A stretch of DNA of 64,000 nucleotides from positions 80,786,001 through 80,850,000 of the forward strand of contig NC_043006.1 of NCBI RefSeq assembly GCF_006345805.1. The letters are read 5' to 3'. Source of the DNA: Octopus sinensis. Taxonomy: Eukaryota. The notes below the pieces were generated by a model. That model saw nothing but the letters and a program-made list of their open reading frames with translations. It ran no database searches and was not told where the DNA came from. This document shows positions 1-13,006 of this stretch, one piece after another; within the stretch, counting starts at the first letter, position 1, and every line of letters starts with the position of its first letter. The position numbers and the translations under genes are program-made.

Positions 1-340
1 TCAATTGTAAATGTTAATATAAGTCTTCGCATATATCTTCATGAGAGGTCAGGTGTCTTGGAGCGAACAGCTTTGAAGGAGACACGAACCTAGTAACAAG
101 GGCATTAGAATACTGATGGCATTCTCTACGTAACCATAGGGTTGCTAGAAATAGCGGCTAAATCTTCTTCTGGTTTCAAACTACACCTCAAAGAAAACAA
201 AAGTATTAAGCAAGTATTAAACAAAACGTATTAAAAAGTATGACCCCACCTGATATAAACTTAAACGTGATGGTAATAGTTTGAATACCTTTGCTGATAG
301 CTTTACTCGATCAGAATTAGATATGTATATATAAATATGC

Positions 341-371
<31 letters not shown>

Positions 372-435
372 TCTATCTGTCGATCTGTCTATCTATCTAT
401 CTATCTATCTGTCGATCTGTTTGTCTGTCTGTCCG

Positions 436-468
<33 letters not shown>

Positions 469-505
469 ACACACGCACACACACACACACACATACATCC
501 ATATA

Positions 506-966
506 TAGGCACAGGCATGGCTGTGTAGTCAGGAGATTGCTTACCCACCGCAGAGTTTCGGGTTCAGTCCTACGTTATGGTACATCAAACAGATGTCATC
601 TTCTACAGTCTTGAACCGACCAAAATCTTTTGAGTGGATTTGGTAGACAAAAACTGAAAGAAGCCTTTCATGTATGTGTTGTATATATATGTATGCATAT
701 ACATGCATGAATATATATATAGATATGTACACACACATGTATGCATGTGTGTGCGTGCGCATGAGTGCGTGTCCGTCTGTGTTTGTGTCTGTTCTCCGGT
801 TTTGCTTTCTTTAAGTCCTCGTAACTCAGGAGTTCCACAAAGAGACAAGAGCCCAGTAGAATAAACCCCAGACATAAACAAAGTCTTGGGAGTAATTCAT
901 TCGCCTGAAACTCTTGAAAGCGGGACCCCAGCATAACCGCAATCCAATGATTGAAGCAAGTAAAAG
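506..966 (+). mobile_element. SINE family 1, diverged copy
   Basis: tRNA-like head with A box (TGGCTGTGTAG) and B box (GGTTCAGTCC), internal microsatellite, tail ...CCAGCAT...TGAAGCAAGTAAAAG. Confidence 0.7.
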
Positions 967-1544
967 ACACAAAACACAATGCATATTGTTATTCTATGTG
1001 TGGATGCCTTGATAGACAGATATAGTTTCAGTAAGAAAGATAGGCAGATAGATGGACAGGTAATCGAAGATAAACAAAAACATCCAATGATAAGGCCTTG
1101 TTTGTCGTTGACATCAAGACAAAGTGGAAATATTGATTTCCACAAAGACACTCCAATTTCACAGAGATAATTATTCTAGTTTCCTAAAGTGGCTGTAATA
1201 AGACGCATCTGGTCTTGATAAGATCCATTGTCATCAATTCAATTTACTGCATCTTAATAGATTCTTGATATATCTATTCATAATTATAGGATGCTGGCAT
1301 ATCTCTATGGTTAACAAAGTTATCTTTTCAGCTACGTGTTCCTGGGTTCGTTCGCATCCTGCATCTGTGACTCCGTCTATAAACCTCGGTATGACAAATA
1401 TATTTTATTGAATGGAATTTCATACTCATTTCCTTATGGACCCAATTACGTCAGACTTTATGGTATATCATTTATATATATGCATATGTATACACACACG
1501 TACACACACACACATACACACACACATATATAATATAGGAGGCC

Positions 1545-1990
1545 CATTAGCAATTAAAATCTGAAGGCAAATTTACAAACAAGGGAACAAAAGAGTACCA
1601 GTATTGCTAGAAACAAGAGTAAAAAACGACTCAATTAGCCATAATTTGGAATGTCTTGTTGATGAAAGAGAAGAAGCGAGATATTCCTTACCGTAATGAG
1701 GCAAGCACCCACTTGAGGTAGCAGATTTACCCATACAACGTGATTTCGAACTGTGATACATTGCATCTTAGTTCCCGTCATTGGATCTTACTGCGCCAAG
1801 GGTTAAGCATAACTCGCCTCGTCAACTCATCAGAAAAACCGTTGAAAGCGTGCGCTATGTCAAAACAATTGAATTGTATACTATAAATAATTTAGGTGGA
1901 CCATTAGCAATTAAAACCTAAAGGCAAATTTATAAACAAAGGTAAAATATAGTACCAGCATTGCTGGAAACACGAGTCAGAATTGACTCA
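1545..1990. repeat. Unclassified interspersed repeat with ~95-bp direct repeats at both ends; diverged rearranged relative at 4645-4860
   Basis: CCATTAGCAATTAAAA...GAAACA(A/C)GAGT occurs at ~1547 and ~1900. GAGGTAGCAGAT...AAGCATAACTCGCCTCGTCAA is shared with 4670-4790. Confidence 0.6.
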
Positions 1991-2066
1991 ATTATTCACA
2001 AAAAGCACTATCTTAAGTTGACGGAAGTGACGAAGATAGTGCTTTTTGTGAATAATTGAGTCAATT
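1981..2066. repeat. Perfect 34-bp inverted repeat with 18-bp spacer
   Basis: AATTGACTCAATTATTCACAAAAAGCACTATCTT (1981-2014) and its exact reverse complement (2033-2066). Confidence 0.95.
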
Positions 2067-2567
2067 TAGTTCTTTAATATAATTTGTGGACAATAGCTTC
2101 GACAATTACGAGTTTCCAACGGACTAATCACAAGTTGTCTGTGTTTTACAAAGAAACAAAAGGATTTTGTAGATTCCTGCAACATCTTTGGTTGCACAAA
2201 TATAACAAGAAAAGCCATATTTTTTCACAGACGTTTACACCTCCGCTGATAAACGTCGATGAAAATTACGTAAGCACAAGCACATACACACATACCTCCG
2301 CGCGCACACACATATACACTCACTTTCAAATCCAGACCACTCACAAATATATATAAATTTATATATATTCCAAGATATTCCACTGGTTATATATTATATA
2401 TATATATATAGGCACAGGAGTGGCTGAGTGGTAAGTAGCTTGCTTACCAACCACATGGTTCCGGGTTCAGTCCCACTGCGTGGCACCTAGGGCAAGTGTC
2501 TTCTACTATAGCCTCGGTCGACCAAAGCCTTGTGAAACCGAAAGAATCCCGTCGTATATGTGTGTGC

Positions 2568-2610
<43 letters not shown>

Positions 2611-3582
2611 TGTGTGTTCCAACATCCCTTGACAACCGATGCTGGTGTGTTTACGTCCCCGTCATTTAGAGACCGATAGAATAAGTACTAGGCTTACAAA
2701 GAATAAGTCCTAGGGTCGATTTGCTCGACTAAAGGCAGTGCTCCAGCATGGCCGCAGTCAAATGACTGAAACAAATAAAGAACATATATATATATATATA
2801 TATATAATCAAAATATGTAACAATGATATCCAGAGGTAATCCAGTCCAATCGTTTCATGCAACTCCATTTAATTGAACACTGCAATCATTACATCAATTT
2901 AAAATGCAGAGCAATCCTCAGCCGCACAAAGACATAGAATTTAATTAAATTAAAACAGATGGAGACATGAGTATAATTATACCTAAATCTCCAAGAAGTT
3001 AAGGGGATAGACAAAGAACTTCACTCCAGCGTAGAAGATACTAAGGTATCAAGAATATATACATTGTTACAGACTCTGCCTGTCACTGATTTTTTTTGCT
3101 TTTATGGGGTCAGTTTTCAATTTATAGAGTAGTTTATCAAATCCTTGTATACCTAAGGAGCAGGCAGAAATCATAGTTGGTATAGTCATAAAAATTAAGA
3201 TTTATTAGAAGCAATATCATGAGTTTATTGAAGGAAAACTTAAAACAAGACGTTAGCTGACAATTAAGGTGGGGGGTGCCCTCTAGTAGACCATTGATAA
3301 TGAAACAGGGGAAGTCTTATCGTGTAGTACTTTAGTTAAAAATATTTTAAACAATGTTGCTATATTGTATACGGTTAAAGTTTAGGGTTATTCAGAGGAT
3401 TATTAAGAAGAATATTATAACAAAAGGATAGAAATATTTTAATACTTTTGAGTATATACCAAACCTTTACCATAAAAGAGGGAGGAAAAGAAATTATCCA
3501 GAAATAGTTTAGTATTTATACATATTATACACTTAAATACTAATTCGGTGCCTCAAGTTAAGTACCATATTCATCTGAATAT

Positions 3583-3636
<54 letters not shown>

Positions 3637-3642
3637 TGTGTG

Positions 3643-3687
<45 letters not shown>

Positions 3688-3762
3688 TATGTATGTATGT
3701 ATATATATATGTATATATATGTGTGTGTGTGTATTCCATTGGTTATAAGTATATGTATGTAT

Positions 3763-3807
<45 letters not shown>

Positions 3808-4644
3808 ATATATGATACAGATAAATATTTTACAAATACTATATATAGGCGCAGCGTGGCTGTGTGGTAAGAAGCTTGCTTCCGGTTCCGGTTGTGGAGT
3901 CGACTTCTTGACACAGAACGGTGAGGACGGGAGCATTGAGCTCCGTCCTAAAAAGAAAAAAAGAACAAAAACAGAGAAGGTTGTCGAGGTAGGTGATTTT
4001 TTTATTGTGAGCTGGGCATAATTTATTGCGTGCGAATTATTTTTTCAGTAACTTGTGCCCAGCTCTGGGACAATTTCGCCTGCTCTCGGCGGCTGCTGTT
4101 TTTGTGCATTGAGAATCTATTGGATTCATTTTTGGTGGGCGTATCCTCGTCTTCGGTTTACGTTGAATGAATATTTTTCTCACTTAATTATGAGAATTAT
4201 TGCTTGTATAGTGTCTTTCGAAGAACTTTAATAATTGTGAGAATTGCTGTATGGGGGAGTGTTGTGCCTCCGAAGATTGAACAGTTTGTATATCGATTTT
4301 TGTGGAAGTTGTGTTCCAGTTGTGGCGTTCCGGGTTCAACCTAGGCCTTTTTTGCTGTGTTCCTGAACTATTGACTTTCTTCTAAACTTTATTTGACTTT
4401 CTTCTAAACTTTATTTGACTTTCTCTTTTTTGTTTATTGTTACTTTCTTTTAATTTCTTTTTTCTTCTCGCTTTTTAAGTTTTATTTTGAATATATTTCA
4501 AAAAAAAAAAGAAAGAAAAGAAACATGGCAATGAAAAATGACAAAATTTTCGAATGGGAGATTATAGCACCTAAAAAGTGGTTAAAAGACTGTGAAGATA
4601 GGACGGTGGTGTTGAGAACCTACTCCAAGGCACTCGACACCATC
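2064..4644 (+). repeat. Left arm of large inverted duplication
   Basis: Reverse complement of 5828-8379, including SINE, microsatellites and LINE fragment. Identical duplicated ORFs appear in the track (e.g. MWTIASTITSF at 2084+ and 8177-). Confidence 0.95.
2409..2782 (+). mobile_element. SINE family 1 (tRNA head, internal (TA)n(TG)n, CR1-type tail)
   Basis: A box TGGCTGAGTGG, B box GGTTCAGTCCC, tail GCTCCAGCATGGCCGCAGTCAAATGACTGAAAC. Confidence 0.9.
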
Positions 4645-5167
4645 ACTACGGTAAGGAGACAAGCACTCAAGTGAGGTAGCAGATATAACCATATAACGTG
4701 ATTTCGAACACTGATGCATTGCATTGCATTGCAGTTCTCGTCAGTGGACCTTACTGTGCCTAAGTTTAAGCATAACTCGCCTCGTCAAGCGCACACTTTC
4801 AACGGTTTTTCTTCTGAGTTTCTAGCAATGCTGGTACTATTTTCTACCTTTGTTGATGGACATATATCCAAAATTTAACGAACGGAATCGATAAAATCCA
4901 GGCTACATATGTTTCATAGCGAGCGGGACCTCAGAAGTGTTAAGTATACAAGCGAGGTGTGGAGTGCAAGCTTCTTTCAGAAAAAAGGGCATCTTGATTA
5001 AATGAAATTTACATTCCTTACAGAAAAAAATCCACAACCTTTCTGCTCCAATAAACCATTATTGTTCCTGAAAATTTTCTTATATTTCCTATGGATTGCT
5101 TGAAACTCACTTTCTTCCTTCACCTCGATCATTTGATCTTACACACACACACACACATTGTTTTATC

Positions 5168-5284
5168 ATTTTATTTGTTTCAATTATTTGACTGCGGCCA
5201 TGCTGGGGACATAAACACACCAGCATCGGCTATCAAGCAATGGAGGGGAGAAAACACCGACACACAGGAATACACACATTCAGT

Positions 5285-5326
<42 letters not shown>

Positions 5327-6645
5327 ACGGGCTTCTGCCAGTTTCCGTTGACGAAATCCAATAGCAAGGCTTTTGTCGACCCGAGACCATAGTAGAAGAC
5401 ACTTGCCCAAGGGGCCACGCAATAGAACCTGACTCAGAACCATGTGGAAAGACCAGATTGGCTGATTGGGTCCAAAGGGTCAAAATTGCTTTTGACCCAA
5501 ACCAAACAGCCGCAGGAAGAACCTTCACATTAAGAAGCTTGGTCCCACTGCCACCCAGACCCCGGCGGAGGTAGTCTCCTCTATCCACTCGGGTTTTATC
5601 CCGGGTGGCAGCCCGCAGATTCAAGCTTTCGTCAACCTCTTCCCATGATACGTGGGAAGGAATAAAATTTCCTTACCCTCCAGGGGTTGACTAGCAAATT
5701 TGCGAGCCTCTTCAGGGGTGTCAAATAGCAACCACACCGTTGCATATCTGACACGCCTGGAAATGAATTTAATTGTTGGCAAATACTCTGCCAACTCCTC
5801 GTCAATTGCCGTCTTTTCGAGCAGGGCGATGGTGTCGAGTGCCTTGGAGTAGGTTCTCAACACCACCGTCCTATCTTCACAGTCTTTTAACCACTTTTTA
5901 GGCGCTATAATCTCCCATTCGAAAATTTTGTCATTTTTCATTGCCATGTTTCTTTTCTTTCTTTTTTTTTGAAATATATTCAAAATAAAACTTAAAAAGC
6001 GAGAAGAAAAAAGAAATTAAAAGAAAGTAACAATAAACAAAAAAGAGAAAGTCAAATAAAGTTTAGAAGAAAGTCAAATAAAGTTTAGAAGAAAGTCAAT
6101 AGTTCAGGAACACAGCAAAAAAAAATATTCCGACCATTCGGTACTCCCGGCCTAGGTTGAACCCGGAACGCCACAACTGGAACACAACTTCCACAGAAAT
6201 CGATATACAAACTGTTCAATCTTCGGAGGCACAACACTCCCCCATACAGCAATTCTCACAATTATTAAAGTTCTTCGAAAGACACTATACAAGCAATAAT
6301 TCTCATAATTAAGTGAGAAAAATATTCATTCAACGTAAACCGAAGACGAGGATACGCCCACCAAAAATGAATCCAATAGATTCTCAATGCACAAAAACAG
6401 CAGCCGCCGAGAGCAGGCGAAATTGTCCCAGAGCTGGGCACAAGTTACTGAAAAAATAATTCGCACGCAATAAATTATGCCCAGCTCACAATAAAAAAAA
6501 TCACCTACCTCGACAACCTTCTCTGTTTTTGTTCTTTTTTTCTTTTTAGGACGGAGCTCAATGCTCCCGTCCTCACCGTTCTGTGTCAAGAAGTCGACTC
6601 CACAACCGGAAGCAAGCTTCTTACCACACAGCCACGCTGCGCCTA
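5168..6645 (-). mobile_element. SINE family 1 copy split by the LINE fragment (head 6608-6645, remainder 5168-5447)
   Basis: GGCGCAGCGTGGCTGTGTGGTAAGAAGCTTGCTTCC before the insert, and CCACATGGTTC...GCATGGCCGCAGTCAAAT after it. Confidence 0.8.
5448..6607 (-). mobile_element. Tx1/L1-clade LINE fragment inserted into a SINE head
   Basis: Contains VWGSVVPPKIEQFVYRFLWKLCSSCG (resembles the zf-RVT region at the end of L1-type ORF2), a T-rich UTR and A-rich tail, then an ORF1-like start MAMKNDKIFEW...LPTYHGKRLTK*ICGLPPGIKPEWI. Confidence 0.55.
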
Positions 6646-6780
6646 TATATAGTATTTGTAAAATATTTATCTGTATCATATATATATATATATATGTGTG
6701 TGTGTATACATACATATACTTATAACCAATGGAATACACACACACACATATATATACATATATATATACATACATACATA

Positions 6781-6824
<44 letters not shown>

Positions 6825-7820
6825 TATATATATATATATATATATATATTCAGATGAATATGGTACTTAACTTGAGGCACCGAATTAGTATTTAAGTGTA
6901 TAATATGTATAAATACTAAACTATTTCTGGATAATTTCTTTTCCTCCCTCTTTTATGGTAAAGGTTTGGTATATACTCAAAAGTATTAAAATATTTCTAT
7001 CCTTTTGTTATACTATTCTTCTTAATAATCCTCTGAATAACCCTAAACTTTAACCGTATACAATATAGCAACATTGTTTAAAATATTTTTAACTAAAGTA
7101 CTACACGATAAGACTTCCCCTGTTTCATTATCAATGGTCTACTAGAGGGCACCCCCCACCTTAATTGTCAGCTAACGTCTTGTTTTAAGTTTTCCTTCAA
7201 TAAACCTCATGATATTGCTTCTAATAAATCTTAATTTTTATGACTATACCAACTATGATTTCTGCCTGCTCCTTAGGTATACAAGGATTTGATAAACTAC
7301 TCTATAAATTGAAAACTGACCCCATAAAAGCAAAAAAAATCAGTGACAGGCAGAGTCTGTAACAATGTATATATTCTTGATACCTTAGTATCTTCTACGC
7401 TGGAGTGAAGTTCTTTGTCTATCCCCTTAACTTCTTGGAGATTTAGGTATAATTATACTCATGTCTCCATCTGTTTTAATTTAATTAAATTCTATGTCTT
7501 TGTGCGGCTGAGGATTGCTCTGCATTTTAAATTGATGTAATGATTGCAGTGTTCAATTAAATGGAGTTGCATGAAACGATTGGACTGGATTACCTCTGGA
7601 TATCATTGTTACATATTTTGATATATATAATATATATATATATATATGTTCTTTATTTGTTTCAGTCATTTGACTGCGGCCATGCTGGAGCACTGCCTTT
7701 AGTCGAGCAAATCGACCCTAGGACTTATTCTTTGTAAGCCTAGTACTTATTCTATCGGTCTCTAAATGACGGGGACGTAAACACACCAGCATCGGTTGTC
7801 AAGGGATGTTGGAACACACA

Positions 7821-7863
<43 letters not shown>

Positions 7864-8379
7864 GCACACACATATACGACGGGATTCTTTCGGTTTCACA
7901 AGGCTTTGGTCGACCCGAGGCTATAGTAGAAGACACTTGCCCTAGGTGCCACGCAGTGGGACTGAACCCGGAACCATGTGGTTGGTAAGCAAGCTACTTA
8001 CCACTCAGCCACTCCTGTGCCTACATATATATATATATATATATATATATAACCAGTGGAATATCTTGGAATATATATAAATTTATATATATTTGTGAGT
8101 GGTCTGGATTTGAAAGTGAGTGTATATGTGTGTGCGCGCGGAGGTATGTGTGTATGTGCTTGTTCTTACGTAATTTTCATCGACGTTTATCAGCGGAGGT
8201 GTAAACGTCTGTGAAAAAATATGGCTTTTCTTTGTTGTTATATTTGTGCAACCAAAGATGTTGCAGGAATCTACAAAATCCTTTTGTTTCTTTGTAAAAC
8301 ACAGACAACTTGTGATTAGTCCGTTGGAAACTCGTAATTGTCGAAGCTATTGTCCACAAATTATATTAAAGAACTAAAT
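5828..8379 (-). repeat. Right arm of large inverted duplication (probable donor copy)
   Basis: Near-identical to the left arm. Its LINE ORF and host SINE continue uninterrupted into the spacer, whereas the left arm breaks off at 4644. Confidence 0.95.
7648..8023 (-). mobile_element. SINE family 1 (mirror copy in the right arm)
   Basis: Reverse complement of 2409-2782. Confidence 0.9.
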
Positions 8380-9044
8380 GTGAAACAGAATTACAGCATA
8401 TAATTTCTTATATTCATTAACTGTCACATATTTTTTAGAGGACGGTTATCTTTTCTGATCAATCATGAAGTTATATAATGCGAATTCCTACTTAATGGTA
8501 TATGATTTCACACCCCAAAGAGTTTTGATAAAGGAAAAAAAAATCATGCAGAAACTGAGATTTCGAATGAATTTCTGAATATAGGACCTGAATACATATT
8601 CTGATTTTGCAGCAGTATTATATTTCTTTAAAGCCTCTCTAAATATAATACTGATTTACACCAGTTACACAAAGTTACTGACATAAAGGGTGTTGTGGCT
8701 AAATTATATGACTACTTTTAACTATGGCTTATATTTGAATTTTATTCCAACATATGTCAAGATTCACATAGAACTCGGTGATATAGGATTAGGAAGCATG
8801 GTCACAACCCATATAGAGGAATACGGAATGTTTACAGAGGTGGTGGTATTTGAACTTAAATTGCGTAGAGTCAACAAATAGCACATAGATTACCTATTCA
8901 ACTTTAGCAACATGTGGAAAAATGCCTTTGATATATTTAATGCACTGTTGAGATATCATTCAGTTTATATTGTTAACCTTACGTTGCGAGAAGATTTAAA
9001 GCACTAGTATAATCAATATAAATAGAATAAATAATAAATGAGCC

Positions 9045-9289
9045 CTTTTTTTAAAGCCTAGCCACGCTCATGGGCCCGGTTTCCGGGTTTCTATGGCGTA
9101 TGTATTCCCCAGCTGGACGGGACACCAGTCCAACGCAGCGTTACTTATTTTTGCCAGCTGAGTGGACTGGAGCAACGTGAAATGAAGTGTTTTGCTCAAG
9201 AGCACAACGCGTCGCTCGGTCCAGGAATGGAAACCACAATCTTACGATCATGATACTGACAACCTAACCACTAAGCCACGCGCCTCCAC
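9045..9289 (-). mobile_element. SINE family 3 (tRNA head)
   Basis: GTGGAGGCGCGTGGCTTAGTGGTTAGG head and body TGAGCAAAACACTTCATTTCACGTTGCTCCAGTCCACTCAGCTG. Confidence 0.8.
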
Positions 9290-9796
9290 ATTATAATAAA
9301 TATTGATGTCTATCTTTTGCTTCCGACCACAAATTTGGGATGGTTACGATCGTTTTTATTATTCCTGGAAAAATGTAAGCAAAGGAAACGACACCGATAT
9401 TTAAATTTATGACGCAAAAGAAAATAATTACATACTAGAAACTACTTTGACTAGAGCTATACCGATTCTGCAATCGTAGCATAATTAATAATATTGTTAA
9501 TTTAATTGACTGGCAATTAACTTGAACGAAAAGTTTTCATCCTTAATTCACATAATTATTCAATATTTAAAACTTTTCATAAGTAAGAGATGTTCAGTAC
9601 AGATGTTCATTTTATATTATTAAAACCAGTCATAAAACAGGTATCTATCTCTTATTAAGAAATCATCGTCTTAATCCCCCCTCTCCTCCTCCCCTCCTCC
9701 TCCTCTTCATCATCATCATTGTTATTTTTATTATCATTATTATTATTATCATCATCATCATCATCATCATCATCATTACTATTATTATTTTTCCGG

Positions 9797-9920
9797 CGAG
9801 GTCGCCTTTGCTTTTCATCATTTTGGGATCGATAAATTAAGTACCAATGAAACAGAGGAGTCGATGTAATCGACTAGCCCCCTCCCCAAAATTTCAAGCC
9901 TTGAACCTATAGTAGAAAAG

Positions 9921-9925
<5 letters not shown>
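9797..9925 (+). mobile_element. SINE family 2, 3' half ending in (ATT)n
   Basis: CCTTTGCTTTTCATC...GTCGATGTAATCGACTAG...AGTAGAAAAGATTATT. Confidence 0.7.
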
Positions 9926-9977
<52 letters not shown>

Positions 9978-10340
9978 ATTTAGAAGAGCTCTATGCGATG
10001 AGTTTTATAATGGCAGAAAGCAGAAAGTCCAAGATGCCTACTGGAAGATTGGTCAAGACAAGTCACATGGTGTTGTTAGAGGTAAAATTTGAGTTTCAGC
10101 GATACCAGATGCGTTAGAAAGGAGAACTTCATGGACCGAGCTGTTGGACAAGAATTTGGGGCGTTTGGCTACCTGGGAAGCTGATAGAAGAAAGGCTGGG
10201 GAGTGTGTGTGCATATATGCGTATTCGTAAGTGTGTGTATGCGTGTGCGTATATAGCAGGTGTATGAATATATTTTATTCCTTGTATTGTTGTAAGTGTG
10301 TGTACACACACACACACACACACGCACACACACATACATA

Positions 10341-10725
10341 TGGAAGCACTCCGTCGGATACGACGACGCGGGTTCCAGTTGATCCGAATCAACGGAACAG
10401 CCTGCTCGTGAAATTAACGTGTAAGTGGCTGAGCACTCCACAGACACGTATACCCTTAACGTAGTTCTCGGGGATATTCAGCGTGATACAGAGAGTGACA
10501 AGGCCGGCCCTTTGAAATACAGGTATAACAGAAACAGGAAGTAAGAGTGAGAGAAAGTTGTGGTGAAAGAGTACAGCAGGGATCACCACCATCCCTGCCG
10601 GAGCCTCGTGGAGCTTTTAGGTATTTTCGCTCAATAAACACTCGCAAGGCCCGGTCTGGGAATCGAAACCGCGATCCTATGACCGCGAGTCCGCTGCCCT
10701 AATCACTGGGCCATTGCGCCTCCAC
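10341..10725 (-). mobile_element. tRNA-derived SINE with a family-3-like head and different body
   Basis: GTGGAGGCGCAATGGCCCAGTGATTAGG...GGTTTCGATTCCC (A and B boxes). Confidence 0.8.
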
Positions 10726-11005
10726 GACACACATACATATATAACGGCTACGACCAACCTCACTACGGTCGATTTCGTGGCTATAACGTCAAACCTGTAT
10801 ACGAGCAAGTATTACCCGTATAGGAATCCTAACGAGGGAACAATATCCATTCACAAGAGCCCAAACCACTCCCCCGCTAGTTCTCAGTTTTGCTATGGAA
10901 TGGTGAAACTATGCATGCATGCATGCATGCATGCATGTATGTATGTATGTATGTATGTATGTATGTATGTATGTATGTATGTATGTATGTATGTATGTAT
11001 GTATG

Positions 11006-11042
<37 letters not shown>

Positions 11043-11054
11043 CAACATTAAATC

Positions 11055-11318
11055 TCTGGGCCTGTTGTGTTCTTGAGCAAGAAACTTTATTTTACGTTGC
11101 TCCAGTTCACTCAGCTGTAGAAATGAGTTGCGACGTTACAGGTGCCAAGCTGTATCTGCTGTTGCCTTTCCTTCGGATAACACGGGTGGCGTGGAAACGG
11201 AATGCCTGTATGCATGGACGACTGCTAGTGTTTCATAAACAACCATGCCCGGACTTGTGCTTGGGAGGGTAACTTTCTAGGTGCAATCCCACGGTCAGTC
11301 ATGACCGAAGGGTGTCTC
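11055..11318 (+). mobile_element. Headless SINE sharing the family 3 central domain
   Basis: TTCTTGAGCAAGAAACTTTATTTTACGTTGCTCCAGTTCACTCAGCTG. Confidence 0.6.
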
Positions 11319-11759
11319 TGTATATATATATATATATATACGTTGCAATATCAAATCTCTGAGCGAGAAGTAAACAGTAGTAGCACGGAATCGTGAAGTT
11401 TATTTGCCAAATAAATTTGGTGGTTACTGGAAAAAGCATATAGTGTTTTGCGTTTGGAATGACTTCTCATCGGGAGCTGGTGATTATCACACACTGATGA
11501 CAGGTTACTACCCAGGAACCCGAGTCTGTGTGTATAACGTAAGGCTAGAGATCGGAACAATGATTTCCCTTCGCAAATACTAATCGGACAAAGACAGTGT
11601 GTCGTTAGCCAGCTTGAGGAGATGTCCTGCTGGGACTAGATGCAACAGTAGCGTCGTCCCCTACTGGACCACCACATTTAGTGGGCAAATATACTTCATG
11701 ATATATATATACGAATGAGTTGACAAACGGAAGAAAAGCACTCACCGCATTTCGTAGGA

Positions 11760-12590
11760 ATTCCAGGAATAGTTCTGTAGCGCGCCAACAGATGGCAGCA
11801 CACGGTTGTATGCGCTGTGACAAATTCCAGTGACCTTCGAGAGACAGCATGCCCTGGGACATCACTGTGTATACTTCGCAATATGTGAAATTTGTGTTTT
11901 TGTGATCACATGTATGTTGTAGTCTGCGATTTTTTCATGGACAGGAATAAAGAGCTTATGTGAAAATTTGCGTTATGTTAAGGAACTCTGCTACAGAGAC
12001 ATTGAGCATGCTTCGGCCAGCGTACAATGACGAGGCAATGAGTCGTACGCAATGTTTGAAGTTGCATGATCTCTTCAAAATTGGAAGAACTTTCCTGGAA
12101 GACGATGAGCGATCTGGAAAACCTGCCAGGAGCGTCAACCTAGGAAATGTGGAATTGTGCATCGACAGTAAGTCTCCCAGAGCCAGACCGTCAATCGAGA
12201 GTGCTAGAGCGACGTTTTGAATCGTTTGATGGAAAGCATTCGACGAAAGCGCCCGGATCTCTGGAGCGCGAAGAATTAGATTCTTCACGATTACAGGTCA
12301 CTCTGTAACGGATGAGTTTATCGCCAAAAAATACTTGGAATCATTTCTGCACGGGCTCTATTCGCCAGATTTATCACCTCCAGACATTCATCTCCTTACA
12401 AAGATGAAAATGCTGCTCAAGGGATGCCGTTTTAACACCGTTGTGGAGTTCACGAGCGACTCACAGCACGTCCTCGACTAGCTTATGGAAAACGACTTTC
12501 AGGATGGATTCCAAAAGTGACAGAAACGCTAGGACCGGTTTATTGCTGCGCAAGGTGACTATTTGAAGGAGATGATGTTAAAAACTTAGG
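11760..12590 (+). mobile_element. Internally deleted mariner relic
   Basis: N-terminal HTH (SATETLSMLRPAYNDEAMSRTQC...EDDERSGKP) and C-terminal YSPDLSPPD...KGCRF...QGDY. Confidence 0.85.
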
Positions 12591-12796
12591 TAAATAAGTT
12601 ATTCTTTTTTCAGTTCTATATTTAAGAAATTAGGAATAATGCATATCATTTACATTATTTACATTTGACGGAGATTTGTCCTCAGCTTGTTTGTTGCTAA
12701 AACAAAGATTCGGCTGATATACACTCCAGGTGTCTTGGGGAAATAGATGTATATGTGTATGTATATATATATATATACACACATATACATATATAT

Positions 12797-12956
12797 GTAC
12801 GACGGGCTTCCTTCAGTTTCCGTCTACCAAATCCACTCACAAGGCCCAACCCGAGACTATAGTAGAAGACACCTGCTCAAGGTGCCATGCAGTGGGACTG
12901 AACTCGGAAACATGTGCTTGGGAAGCAATATTCTTTACCAAACAACCAGTCATGCG

Positions 12957-12960
<4 letters not shown>
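12797..12960 (-). mobile_element. SINE family 1, 5' half
   Basis: Reverse complement of the head up to GAAGCCCGTCGTA. Confidence 0.75.

Positions 12961-13006
<46 letters not shown>

Noticed and set aside
1556-1640. CTGAAGG...GAAACAAGAGTA and its repeat at ~1915-1985 as possible HHRs
   Set aside because: The core lacks A9 and stem I does not pair; at most a decayed motif.
2409-2485. tRNA genes at SINE heads
   Set aside because: They have A and B boxes but no complete cloverleaf and continue into SINE bodies.
2950-3530. Possible Penelope RT remnant within the duplicated arm
   Set aside because: Only a faint resemblance (FSIYRVVYQ); too degraded to call without an HMM search.
8690-8881. 63-aa ORF in non-repetitive sequence
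   Set aside because: Short, with no recognisable homology or splice support.
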